A stretch of DNA of 56,901 nucleotides, filler included, from Sphacelaria rigidula (lineage: Eukaryota), in assembly GCA_964200075.2 (NCBI GenBank). It is 6 parts of 6 records of this genome, joined end to end, with 100 filler letters (N's around TTAATTAATTAA, not from the genome) between each part and the next. Parts side by side here need not be neighbours in the genome. Positions count along the whole stretch, not along the records: positions 1 to 9,402 come from CAXNAA020008585.1; positions 9,503 to 18,903 come from CAXNAA020008586.1; 4 more parts are not named here. One strand, given 5' to 3'. Below are positions 1 to 12,085 of this stretch, piece after piece (within the stretch, counting starts at the first letter, position 1; every line of letters starts with the position of its first letter). The notes under the pieces were generated by a model that did not search any database, was not told the DNA's origin, and saw nothing but the letters and a program-made list of their open reading frames with translations. Made by a program: the position numbers and the translations under genes.

Positions 1-95
1 TTATTATTATTATTATTACTATTACTACTACTTCCGCATATTAGGCCGATCTCTCGAACCCATGATCACAGATAGAAACCTCTTTTCGTCAGAGA
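1..95 (-). mobile_element. 3' end of a non-LTR retroposon (SINE/LINE) with (TAA/TAG)n tail
   Basis: Reverse complement reads ...tgtgatcatGGGTTCGAGAGATCGGCCTAATATGCGGAAG(tag/taa)n; the same terminal motif and tail occur on + at ~47830-47895 and ~48675-48733. Confidence 0.6.
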
Positions 96-2067
96 ACGGA
101 TGAGCAGGGGCTCATAATAGGAAGGGGTGACACGGATGCTGCCGCATAGCAGGAAACGAAGAATTCCCTTCAAGTGTGTCAAGGCAATCACCCTCTTGAC
201 GTCTATGGTTCTATGGATACAGGCGAGGCTGAAAAGGAGCCCAGGCTCAGAGCCCCGGGTGGGAGAGTACGTGGTAGACCTGGTGAAGGGATCACCTTCC
301 GCGGGAGAGGCTCAGGAGGCGAGGGCGAAGCAGCTGGCAGCCGTTGGCACTGACGGTGAGTCTCGAAGCGAAATGAACACCTTGAGTCTGGCTGGCCGGT
401 CGGTTGGTTGGTTGGTTGGTTATTCTTTTTGTCGGTTGATGAATCGATGGTCTTGAATTGTGTTCTATCGGCTCTATCGGTCGTCGTCTTTGCCAAATTT
501 CGTTCGCAGTGGCGTTTTCAACTGATCCGAGTTGAAAACAGCAGCCGAGATCACGGCGTTGAAGACGGACACACTCGCTGGGATATTCTGTAGTGCATGT
601 GCATGTCGTCAAATATACGTGCGGTACTTACCGTGACGATGCCGTGTAGTCAAGTTATGCCCTCTAGCGGTAGTGGTACAATTAGGCCGGCAGTTAACTT
701 GACTACCTGGAAAGCCTTCGGACGGTCCGGTCGTGGGTTCGGTCCTCGGTGAAGTGATTCGAAAGCATCCACTAGCTAAGGCGGGGTCTCATCAGAAGTG
801 ATATTCACTTTTGAAGAAAAAACACTTTTGGAGAAGTGATTGCCCCCACGACGACCAGTGCTGAGTCTTACCGACAAGCAGTTTTGTCCAGATCGGAGCC
901 CCCAGATCTGCACACAGGTAAAAAATGCGGCGGTTCTGGACGTGGCCATTCGTCCAATATATCTGTACTGCTGCGGACAAGATGCAACGAGGTAGCACAG
1001 CGCCGACACACCGAGCCACAAAAACCGACGCATAGACACCCACCACTCACGCGCATTGTCTCAAACGCTAGCTCTTCGTCATCCACACACGACAGCCTTT
1101 GTTTGACGGAAACCCGTCCAGTATTGGATGAAAGGCGGCCGTGTGCGTGTCAAACAGCAACCGAAAACGTGCTGTTGCTCACTGTTCTTGAGGGTGTGCT
1201 ATGCGCGCGTCTCACGCAAATCATCATTTCTCACTGAAATCTGAACCGATTTAAGCAAGGTCACGCACGGCATGCTCAGCTGATGAGCAGTCTTGAATGG
1301 AGCGGTGTGTTTTGGTTTGGGGGGGCAATGTGATCTTTAGGTTCGCGTTTGATTGTGTCGACTTGCTCTCAAGACTTCGGTTATGCCCGTGTCAACGGGA
1401 TGTTTAATGTTCCCGTTCGAGGTGTCACAAAATCACTTTGACAAAAGTGATTCTTTGGCACTTTTTGGGGGGGGGTGGTATCGCAGCAACCAATCATCGG
1501 TCGTTTTTTACAAAAGTGATACCTTGAAACGTGATAATCACTTCTGATGAACCTCCCCTGAACCACCCCCTCCTCCTCTCTCATCCCCACGCCCTCCCGT
1601 GTCGATGGTCGGTGTTCAGCACGATTCTGGAGTTTACCCGAAGATGCTCTGTCCCCAGGAAAGTGTGCCATGATGCTGGCCGCTCTGCTGGCTGCCGCGG
1701 TGGACGTAACTGTTTCGCAAGCTGCCGCATCCACCGTTTAGGTCGAGAAGTTTGGAAAGTTAGATGATGGTTGGCGGTTGGCGGTTATGTCCTCCGTTAT
1801 GTGTACCGTTTAGGTTCTGATGTGATGGTGGAAGAGAAAAAAAAAAATGTTGAACGGAAGAACCCGTCAATTTTTTTTGGGTGGGGTGTATTGTATGTAC
1901 ACACAAGTGTGTATTTTATGCTTGGTGAGCAGTTTCCGAGTTGGAAAAAGAAAAATACAAGGATTGGAAGATCATAGTTGTGCGATGGTTGAAGGGGGTG
2001 AAAGTCATGAGTCAATTACGCGATGGTGTTGTTGGTGTGGCACATGACCTTAGAAAAGTGGTGCTTG

Positions 2068-2068
<1 letters not shown>

Positions 2069-2106
<38 letters not shown>

Positions 2107-2280
2107 ACCCCCCCCCCCCCCCCCCACACCCACCCACTACCATACAAAAAAAAAAAAACGAAAAGAAACTAATGCACTCGCNNNNNNNNNNGGGGGGAGA
2201 CAGTGGGGTGAGGGGGGGGGTGGCGGGGGGGGGGGACGCCACGAAGGAGAAAGAGGGGCCCCCCCCCCCCCCCCCCCCCC
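2069..2280. repeat. Poly-C/poly-G low-complexity tract containing a 10-N gap (2182-2191)
   Basis: Homopolymer runs and Ns read directly. Confidence 0.9.
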
Positions 2281-3651
2281 TTCCGGCACGTGCAGACACC
2301 CTCCCGCACAAGTGTGCATATGTTTAAATAAATTAAAATGAATGAACGTGTTGATATTGTCATGCGCAGAGCGGAGCATCGTTCGGTATATTTAAGCCCT
2401 CCCCGTGGTGTGATTCGCCATCAAGAGAGGGAGGGGAGGGGTCCAATGGTTTGAACAGCAGCAGCAGCAGCAGCCTTTTTTTTCATGCCCGTAGGAGAAA
2501 GCCGCACGGAGTGGTACAGTACAGTATATACGGAGAGTGTCACTCCGGTACGAGGCGGAACCGACGCCCCGGCCTTCATATTTCACGTGAAGGCGCGGTG
2601 GATGTTATATTATTATGCCCATTCCGGAATGTCTTTTTGTGTCTCGTACGAGAAATATTGCGAGTGTCTGTCTCGCTATTTCAGGGAACATCGGGGGCCA
2701 TTTCGTAGCTTTTTTCACAGCTCACCTAACCGACTACACCCACCGCTGATTCTGGAAGTGTGGGCGGGCGGGGTGGAAGCTTTGTTTGTAGAGGAAATGG
2801 ATGTTTGGGGGGTTATTATTGTCCCGGGTATTATACTCCGTATACTACCTGCGGAATGCCTTGTGGCAGGCGTTTATGCGTAGGAGGGGAAGGGGGAGGG
2901 GGGAAGGGTCGTCTTTTTTGTGTGGCATGCCCGGTACCGCTCTTTTTGGTGACGTACTGTAGTAGCGTGGATAGAATCTGTCTTTTGATTTTGAGCGACT
3001 GAAAGTTGTTGGATGCAATTTTGGATCCGATTTTCCGTGTGTATGAATGTACCTATTTTTTTAAGTGTACGTACCACCCCCCGTCCGTCCCCTTGACGCT
3101 GCTTGCGTTGTGTGTTGTGCTGTGGTTTGCTGTGGCGGGCATTTCTTCTGCCGAACATTTGCTTTTCATCGTTCGTGTTTTTTTTTTTTTCATTCAAAGA
3201 AAACACATTTCGAAATTACCAATGAGGAAGGACGAATGTCTTGTTTCTTTTTAATGTCGGGCATGCACGGCTAGATTATGCATATATATTTTGAAAAAAA
3301 ATCCTGCGTTATACTCGTGAATTCTTCTTTCATTCTTCTCCTGTGTAGTTGTGGGGGGTGGGGGAGGGGGGGGGGGTCTGGGGTACGGCTGTACGACTGT
3401 GAGTAAAGACATTATCAGGAGCCTTGATCTGCAAAAGTGGAGGTTTCACGCCACTAGGGTATGGCTTGTGAAGAAGCAGTACCAAAGTGACTTGAAGAAA
3501 GAACCTTCTCGACGATTTGAGCTTCTCTATCTTATTGCTCAACCTGTACAAGTGGCTTCTTTATTCTTGCCTGTGTCGGAGTCATAGACACGTCCGCAAC
3601 TCTGCTGGATTTAATTGCCGGGGAGGGTCTGGTTTATTTCTCTCTCCCGCG

Positions 3652-3977
3652 GTCTCGTTTGTCCATGGATATATACACAGTGGTGGGGCATGAGCACGCC
3701 CACAGCACTGCGGAACGCTTTCCAGGCCGGCGGGAGGGGAGGGGGGGGGGAAGGGTGTACTTATGATCATGCATGCCATCGTCAAAATAAGACCAGTGAC
3801 CTCGCATCCCTACAAAGCCGGGGCGGAGCACGCCGGGTTTTCGCCGGACCAGGCTCATCGTCTCGTTTGTCCATGGATATATACACAGAGGTGGAGTATG
3901 GGCACGCCCATAGCACTGCGGAACGCTTTCCAGCCGGCGGGAGGGGAGGGGCGGGGGGGGGGTGTACGCTCATGATA
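3652..3977 (-). repeat. C-run-anchored repeat family, long variant, with a ~100-bp direct duplication
   Basis: gtctcgtttgtccatggatatatacacag...ctgcggaacgctttccag...G-run starts at both 3652 and 3860. Each G-run is followed by the family end gtgtac..atgat. Confidence 0.75.
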
Positions 3978-6187
3978 TGCTTCAGTACGGTACACGCGGT
4001 GGAGGGATCGGATGATGGCATTTGGTGAAGTTGCCGCAGCAGAGTAGATGGATGTTACATCGTCTGCTATTAGAGGCGATAAAAGGAAGAAATTATTTCG
4101 AAACCGGTTGACCAACGACGACTGCCGTGGGTGCATATATCCACTGATAGCTGGTACGTACCACCCGACGGGCAGAGTACAACAAGGTTTTATTTTTATT
4201 TTTTCAGGGAGTATGACCAGTACAAAACGTGAACATAATTATTTTTTTCTTCTTGTTCCCGGGACCGGTTGGGGTGGTCGAGGGAGTGCTCACCGCATCT
4301 TTTTACTTTTGGTAATTTTTCTTTGTTCTTGTTGAGCGTTTGTATTAAAACGATATTGCTTCATCTTATTTTACGTACACAGAGCACGGTCACCGTATTC
4401 AGGTCCAGCTACGACATTGAAATTTTTATATCCATACATACCCAACTCTTGTACTGTTGGAGGAAAGGGGGAAGGAAACGAGGAGGGTTACGGGGGAATT
4501 CATGTTTCTGTTTATCCATGTTGCTGCGTAGGCGACGTGGCGCGAGCCGACGCGGGTGACATCTCGTGTGTGCTCGGGATCGGGGGGAGGCTTTCTTCTG
4601 CTCAATTTTCCGCTGATCGGTGCTTAGAATTCAGATGGCGTGGATGAGTGTAGCGTAGCTCTGCGCTCATATATTATGTCATTGCCCGCACAAGATTGAT
4701 GACTGATGAGTTAGTTGATTGGTGGGTCGATGAATAGAAAGAATGACTTGATTTTGGCGTCTGGTCATTTTGGTAGCGCATGGATTATGTGATGGATCGT
4801 GACCGTTTTCATGAATCATGACCGCTATTACGAATCATGACTATAACCGCTGTGCACCATCGTTGTGATGATTACACGAGTACGAAGAAGGAGTGGGTGA
4901 GTGGGGAGGGAGTGTCATTTATTTGAAAACTCGAGTCGGCGTTGGCTTGAAAATATTGCGGAATGCTCGAGGACCGAAATCTGACATGTGGATGGCATGG
5001 TGGATAACTCGATGTCCACTTTTGTCGGGGGGGGGGAGGGGTTGTGTTTATTTTTTCACGGTACAGTACAGTTGGCGTTTGTACAGGAAGGGCTTTTCGG
5101 GACATTTAGTGCCCGCCAGACATTATTGTTCGCTGACGCCTTGGTTTGAACTTTTTAATTTCAATGAGAGACCAGTCTACATAGCGATGGCTTGAGTGCG
5201 GCTCTGCCTTAAGTAACCGGGAGAGGGAGGGGTGCGCCACACTCGTGAGAGATGATGTGTTTCGTGGGGGTTGGTCAGTATGGCACGAACGGAGAGGTGT
5301 AGCAACAGCGTATGCACGTGAAAATATCCCTGCATATCATGCAGTGATAGTACCGGTAGAGGTCTTGACACAAGAGAAAAACACGAATAAAAAATCTCCA
5401 GTGACATTTTTCGGAGGGGAAGTTCCCCTCTCCCCGACCAAGTCGGAGATCTTGTCGGAAATGAAAGTGCCGTCAGTAGTACCCCTAGCCGAAACCATTA
5501 CTTCCGAGTCTTTTAGACACGGGGATGTCCAACAAGACGGTTTGTATGAGGCTAGTAAATCAGCGTCGGGCTACAACATGTCCATGGTTGACACATTTTA
5601 CAAGTATCGCTACCCCAACCCAACGCATACCGAGAACTCTCGGGCAAGGACGGTATATCCCCTCGGCAAAATGCGACCTTGGTAGACCCCATCTCTACTG
5701 GTTTGTATCGTGCCACGCAAGGCGATGACTCCAAGTGAGGAAGCGAACGAATCTTTACAGAGACAGATCGGCCGATTTTTACACAAAGGATGGCTCATCT
5801 GATGGACAAGTGCATGATAATGCAACGAGCCAGCAGCTGTGCTGTCGGCGTACTGTTTTCGGTGGGTGGCGGGGTGAAACATCCCAGCTTTTTTGTTGGA
5901 TTCTAAAGAGTTCATTTATGTCGAGAAGTAAGCTAGTTCCCGCATAAAGCGAATCAAATCGATGATATATTTACTCATCGATGCAATGATACAGCCATTA
6001 TTACGGACATTGTCATGGTGAGACCCGGAAGAATGGAGGTTGCCCAACTCTTGAACTTGAGCGTGTTGAACAACGCACGATGGTGGAAAGCGAAGGAAGT
6101 GGCACGACTCCTGCGTCACAACCCGGATTGTGAACATCCGAAGCAAGCATCTGCGATCTATAACAACGTACAAGTACAAGGGTCTTG

Positions 6188-6226
6188 TGACTATGGCATG
6201 CATGATCATGAGTACACCTCCCCCCC
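6188..6226 (+). repeat. C-run-anchored repeat family, terminal fragment
   Basis: tgactatggcatgcatgatcatgagtaca followed by a C-rich run; the same motif occurs at 19018-19050. Confidence 0.75.
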
Positions 6227-6685
6227 TTGCGGAGGTCAGTTTTTCGAATGTTGTCGTGATTTTTTTTTTGTGTTGTCAAAAGAAATCGATTAACGAACAC
6301 TGACAACAAAAGACAAGTCTTGCGGGCTTTGCGCGGTTCGTATATTATCTTCCGCTCCTTGCCCTCCCAGTCTCGATGACCTCGGATGACGGTGACGCTC
6401 ACACACGTGTATGTACAATACACGAGCGTACGGTAGCGACAGCCTGTAGCCAAAGTAGCGACATTATCTCGCACTTCGCCAAATTCTCCTGGACTAGTGG
6501 TGGTTAGTCGAGGCACACGACACGGAACATGACCCCATATATGTATGTATCATGATGAGTGAGGAGCTTGGAGGGGCGGTGTGTCCGTCACCTCATCGGT
6601 TTCCATGCCAAGGATCTCTGTACACGGCAGCCTACCGACCCCGCCAACGCCTCGGCAAAATATTAGGGGACAGCAGGCTGGGTTT

Positions 6686-6787
6686 CCCCCCCCCTCCAAA
6701 ACTATGCTCCGTCTCGAAAGGGATGCATGGCCAATGGTCAAATGACTAAGGCAAGCAACAAATGAGTACCCCCCCCCCTCCAAAACT
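6686..6787 (+). mobile_element. ~66-bp C-run-anchored short element flanked by an 18-bp direct repeat
   Basis: ccccccccctccaaaact at 6686-6703 and 6770-6787 flanks atgctccgtctcgaaagggatgc...caacaaatgagtac. Confidence 0.75.
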
Positions 6788-6884
6788 CTAATTTTCGATT
6801 TTGGGGCCAACGTGACCCGAGAACGTTTTTTGACAGAATCTTGTACAGTGTTACTAATAACTAATACATTAAATAACAGCGGGT

Positions 6885-7003
6885 CCTAATTTTGGGGTTG
6901 AACCAAAAAATAAGGTTCAACCCGCAAATCGTTTTCGTTGGAAAAATACCAAACAGTAACACAGAAGGAAAGTCTTTCCCCCCAAAACTCCGCTCGGAGG
7001 AGT
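6885..7003 (+). repeat. Dispersed degenerate repeat (second copy ~8028-8150)
   Basis: Both copies share attttggggt...agtaacacaga..gaaagt...cccccaaaactccgc..gaggagtt. Confidence 0.55.
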
Positions 7004-8148
7004 TGAGCATTTCGGGCTAGGTGCACCCAACGAATGCGGTGTACACACGTGTCGATGACGATATCACCAGAGAGAGGAGCAACGACAGAGAGGAAGCTCT
7101 TCGCCCGTGCCCTTTGTGTGTCCTCGCTCGGCGATATTACCAGCATGTACCCAATTTTTCATGTTGTGCCTAAAGACCCGAGCTGCGGAGAGATTTCGTC
7201 CCTTCGTCTTGCCTGAGCACCTCAGTGATGCGAATATCAATTTTTCTCTGGCTCTCTTTCTGGACAGCACGCGCCCCTGTGCGCTGAAAAACATGTCCTT
7301 GAAAAACAGGGCAATATGAATCATTTGATATTCCCGTCACCGCTACTACTGTTCTCTGTCACACACATGCCCGCATGGACGGTGCTGCGGCAAAACCAGA
7401 TAGATCCAATACGAACTTAGGGGGTGTTATTCATCGTCGATTTTCCCCCACCCCCAACCGGGCGCTTGACCATACGCCAGTTGGGGAAAGTGCACAAGAG
7501 ATCAAACACTTTTGAAGACCTTCTTGACATGCAGAGTGAAAAAAGATACCTATGGTGGTGATCTAACTGTTACTAGCATCGTGCAGAGGGGTGCGTCAGC
7601 TGCGATCTGGAGCTTTCGTTGGTCTACTCTACTGATTGCTTCCCGTCTGCGCAGCAGAGCGTCTACCTATAGAGGTCATACTGGGTAATGTAACATTTTA
7701 TTACGTACCCACATTCGGAACACCTTTGGAAACGAAAGAGTTCGTTCTTTCAAAGTACGTCGACGTGGTTGAAATGACTCTCCTTACCCGAGGGACTACG
7801 ACTTCCCCGTCCCCCCGCCGGGTTTGAAAGGACATCATAGTTTTTGGGATCGCATGTAACCCCCACGGGGGAACACAGAGTCTCTCGTCTATGAAAATGC
7901 CCGTCTTCCTACCTGCAAACAGTTTGATGCCCGTTGGTTTCTAATAAGAACGTTAAATTGTCGATTTGTGATGGTACTGTACTGATTGGCAGATGCCAAT
8001 GCCAGGAAAGATTCACAGTAACAGCTGATTTTAGATTTTGGGGTACAACACTAAAATGGGGTTGAAGTCGCTTTCTCTATTGCAGAGGATATACGAAAGA
8101 GTAACACAGAGCGAAAGTATCTTCCTCCCCAAAACTCCGCAGGAGGAG

Positions 8149-8212
8149 TTAACCGTTAGACCGCGAGAGTAGGTCACCAGCTGAATCGGCATCAATATTC
8201 ACTTGGAAAAAG
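8149..8212 (+). mobile_element. piggyBac-type terminal fragment related to the MITE at 51369
   Basis: TTAA|CCGTTAGACCGCGAGAGTAGGTCACCAGCTGAATCGGCATCAATATTCACTTGGAAAAA matches 51365-51426; no partner end was seen. Confidence 0.55.
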
Positions 8213-9402
8213 TACACGTGGTTGTGGTGAGCCAACCTCTCGGAGACTTTATGGTTTTGTGCTGAACCAGTTCTATGGGTAAAAAAAGTAAGATGAGTGC
8301 GCATGGGAACCGGGGTAAAACAACATAAAATAAGCTCTAAATCGGGGTACAGGGATTGTCTTATAATATTTCTAGGCACTGCGAGCCACACGTTGAGGTT
8401 TGTACACAAGTGGGGAGGTATATTCGAAGTTGGGTTGTTTAAAAGTCAAGAAAACTTGTAGACGGGTTAGCAGGTTTGGGAATCTGGAGTACATCCAAGA
8501 AAATACAGCAAAGCAAGATACGATCTTTGGAGCTTTTGTGTGTCGAGGGTAGATAAAGGATGAAAACCTGTGGGGTATTCCCGAGTAGAACGATTCTTTG
8601 AAAGGCGAAGTCCAGATTTGGGTTCAAGTACGAGAGCACGGACAAAAGGGTCAAATGCTAGCGGGGTGCATTTGAGCATCGACGCAAACCCCCATGATGA
8701 TCACTTCGTTCTGCACCCTTCTCTCAGCTTCAGCAACAAGCTTTGTTCTGCAGTGGTAGGGCAAGTTTCGGTCTGTTTTCCGGTTATAGGTTGATTTCGT
8801 GTTGATGCCTGGGGCCTTCCAGTATCGTAGCATAAAATAATCTATACAAGTGGCAACTCATCACCTGTCGACAACTTTTTGGGACTCTTCACGTCACATC
8901 ACTTCGAGGTTCTGCGAATCGCATCACCTCAGCCCCATAATAGTGGTTCAACCTTTCTTGGAGATCGGAGCTCAAGCTTCTCTCCTGACATTGTCGATCG
9001 ACGGTAGTCCACAGGGGTGAAGACAGCAGCGCAACGTCAGAGATGTCCGGTAAAAGGAGCCGTTCGAACAGCGATGCGAATTTTTCAAGTGGTGTGCGTA
9101 CCAGAGCCCAGAAGAAAGCAGACGATGCATTGTGTCCACTCACAGATAGAGTAGACCGAGAGACAGTTGCATCCGAAATGTCAGCCGTACAAGATGAAAA
9201 GGTACAGACGGAGTCAGCTGAAAGTGTGTCGGACGAAGGGCCGAGACTTTTAGCAAATACAGAGGCGGTCACCACTTAAGAATACCTTATTTTGAGCGAG
9301 GCTCAGTTCTTGTTGGCTGCCCCAACCCGAGCACAAGTTCTTATTCTCCATGTTCTTATTTGGTCGCCCCATCCTTGTCCAAAATCCGTGTTCTTGTTCT
9401 TA

Positions 9403-9501
9403 NNNNNNNNNNNNNNNNNNNNNNNNNNNNNNNNNNNNNNNNNNNNTTAATTAATTAANNNNNNNNNNNNNNNNNNNNNNNNNNNNNNNNNNNNNNNNNN
9501 N
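9403..9501. other. Artificial contig spacer
   Basis: N-run + TTAATTAATTAA (stops in all six frames) + N-run. Confidence 0.97.
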
Positions 9502-9946
9502 NTTTTTTTTTTTTTTTTTTTTTCCCTCCCTCTTTTTTCTTTTTTTTTTTTTTTTTTATTAATATTTTTTTTTTTTCCCCCCCCCCCCCCCCCCCTTATC
9601 ACCTTTCTGTGCGGCGTGTTTGTACGTTGGTAGGCTGTGTCTGTTCATGGTCATGCCAACGACTTGCGTAGATTTGACCCTCTTATGAGGGGAATTGTGA
9701 AAGCCACAACAAACAATACACGCGGCACTGACAGTTGACGCCGTTCCTGTTCCTTTTCTTCTTTTGATGGAGTTTTCCTCTTCTTCAACATGGCAAAAAA
9801 TAATGTACACAAAATCAAGCTCCCACCCACAATGGTAATACATAGTCTGAGTTCGTGTTGTTGTGGTGAAACTTGCCGGCGGTGCCGTATTATTTTTTCA
9901 CAAATTGGGTTTTGTTTCTGTCTCGGATACGGCTATCATGGGGGTA

Positions 9947-10020
9947 ATGAGCACGACTGGATCATGATTCCTGGGGGTTTAGTTAAAGTGCGGCAATCAA
10001 TCAATCAATCAATCAATCAA
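9947..10020 (+). mobile_element. 5'-truncated LINE/SINE 3' end with (CAAT)n tail
   Basis: atgagcacgactgga...cctgggggtttagttaaagtgcggcaat(caat)n matches the LINE terminus at 24724-24771. Confidence 0.65.
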
Positions 10021-10270
10021 AGTACAGTTAAGTGGCCCGGTTTAAGTCGATCGTTTGGTAAAGTCTGCAGATTCTGGAGACATGGCCTTTGCTATCGGAA
10101 TCATGAGGGTTCCACGATGAGGCGAAAGGGTCGATAGTGCCGTTTTTTATTTGCTGAAGCCTGACGGCCTCGTAAGGGGGACCACCCGTCGGTGTAGGGC
10201 AAGAGGAATCCATATTCAACGAATTTTGTGCACGTCCTGTGTTTGTTTTGTCACGCTGTGCTTCTTGTAG

Positions 10271-10402
10271 GATCTGCTGAAGGTGGCATCCGTCGCGATG
10301 CCGTTCTCCACAGACGAAGATGGGGCTCAGAGCGACGGCATCAACCCCCTAGCGTCTGTGTACGACTTGGGCCAGGATCCTCTGGACTACCATGAAGATA
10401 GG
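10271..10402 (+). CDS. Candidate internal exon of an unidentified host gene (44 codons, phase 0/0)
   Basis: Pyrimidine-rich ...cttcttgtAG acceptor; open frame DLLKVASVAMPFSTDEDG...QDPLDYHEDR; AGG|GTGAGA donor. Confidence 0.55.
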
Positions 10403-11587
10403 GTGAGACATAGTATATATATATATATATATAGAATATTTCGAACTCATGAGCGTGAAGCATACTTTGTAACAAGGCGTCCACGAGATTCAATGCTGAT
10501 TTTAGTGTGCAAGTTCCTCCGCCCCCGCCCCGGGAGATGACTGTTGTGGCCAATGCCAATGCCAGGGACGCGGTTAGCTGATTCGTTCTTTACTTTGTGC
10601 GGGGGTACACATGCGTGCGCCACCGTTTGAACGGACGCGCGATCGCGGTGGTCCTGCAATGTTTCCGGCGGGCATGAACATTTCGAGAGAAGAGCTATTC
10701 TCACGAGGGCTTGGCAAGACAAGAATATCGAGACCCTCGAAAAAGACGGGCGGGACCGGGGCGCAGCCCCGGGTCCCGTGCGGCTTGTATAACAATACAG
10801 AATTAACTAGCCCTCCAAGGTTTGACTATAGTGTCAGTAGTGCTGCTGCAAGAGTTTCCTTTTGCTTCAAGTTTTCTTTTGTCGTACTGCTCTGTACTGA
10901 TGTACTGCACTGTAACAGCATAATTTCACACACTAGCACAGAAAGTTGATATATATATATATTGGAACTCAATCTATTGAGCATGTCGGCGTAGGACCCC
11001 TAAACCCTCGTGTGTTTGTACATAACTATATAGCTATACTTCTTGCAAGGTTTTCGGCGGCTTTCCGCCGCCGCGCTTCATAGATCGCGTTCAAGATACT
11101 CGACAAACACATGAGAAATGCTCAGTGCATATATAATGCATGTTTGTATTGCAGTGTGTTCAGGTGTTTGGTGTGTTCCCGTGTCTGAGCGAGTTTGTTG
11201 CGGGTGGAGAGCGAAAAAGGCAAGAGATAACACCTCCGTCACATTGGTGGTGGATGGCGTGTCCGGTGTCCGTACAGAGAAGCCCGCCGTGCACTTGTCG
11301 GTGTCCGTCGTGCAGCCTCCTCCCGTGTATCGCGTGCGGATACGCCCTGTCCCTGTGGGCGAAACAGTAGTGAAAACCTCTGTGGTCGTTTAATATCAAC
11401 ATGAACATAAACCTCGTAAAGTCCACCCGCCCGACGCATGCAAGCACTCATTGACATGGACTATCATAAACTGTATACTTCCTCTGTCTCATAGGTAGAG
11501 GTGTTGACCTTCCTCCTGTGTGACCCCGGTTGATGCGCCCACATATCCCGAATTGGGTAGACTGGCGTCCAGAATAAATGGGACGAC

Positions 11588-11620
<33 letters not shown>

Positions 11621-11632
11621 ACCCACACACAC

Positions 11633-12085
11633 ACCTAAATTTGTACGGGCCCTTAACGATGTCCGTTTTTTTTTTTTAATGAAGTCTACGGTGTTTTTTG
11701 GGTTAAGGAAATGTGTTGCAAAATTTGCAGCTCGTGCTTGAACCATGCCGCCGAACGGCTGCAAGAAAAGTAGTCGGGCCAAAAATGGCCGTTTTTTGCC
11801 CCTTTCCGAGGGGAAAAAAAGTGTCGATTTTTTTTTTAACCGCGTGGGACCTTCTGGCAGCAAGCCCGGGGGCGATTAAAAAAAAAGCAACACTTTTTTT
11901 CCCCTCGGAAAGGGGCAAAAAACGGCCATTTTGGGACCGACTACTTATTTTGCAGCCGTTCGGCGGCATGGTGCAAGCACGAGCTGCAAAATTTATACAC
12001 ATTTTCTTAACCCAAAAAACACCGTGGACTTCATTAAAAAACAAACAAACGATCGGACATCGTTAAGGGCCCGTACAATTTAGGT
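11633..12085. mobile_element. ~450-bp foldback/MITE with ~210-bp arms
   Basis: acctaaatttgtacgggcccttaacgatgtccg... is inverted at ...cggacatcgttaagggcccgtacaatttaggt; ~35-bp spacer at 11841-11875; abuts a (CA)n tract. Confidence 0.85.

Noticed and set aside
1941-2379. Poly-Pro/poly-Gly ORFs
   Set aside because: Translations of homopolymer runs spanning an N gap.
5245-6180. Coding-like ORF cluster (146-aa ORF and neighbours)
   Set aside because: No recognisable motif or consistent splice structure.
9447-9458. TTAATTAATTAA as a biological repeat or CRISPR-like unit
   Set aside because: Always embedded in N-runs; a synthetic six-frame-stop linker. No repeat-spacer array was seen anywhere.
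10947-11398. Solo LTR (TGATAT...ATATCA)
   Set aside because: The flanks aaagt / acatg do not form a TSD and no second copy is present.
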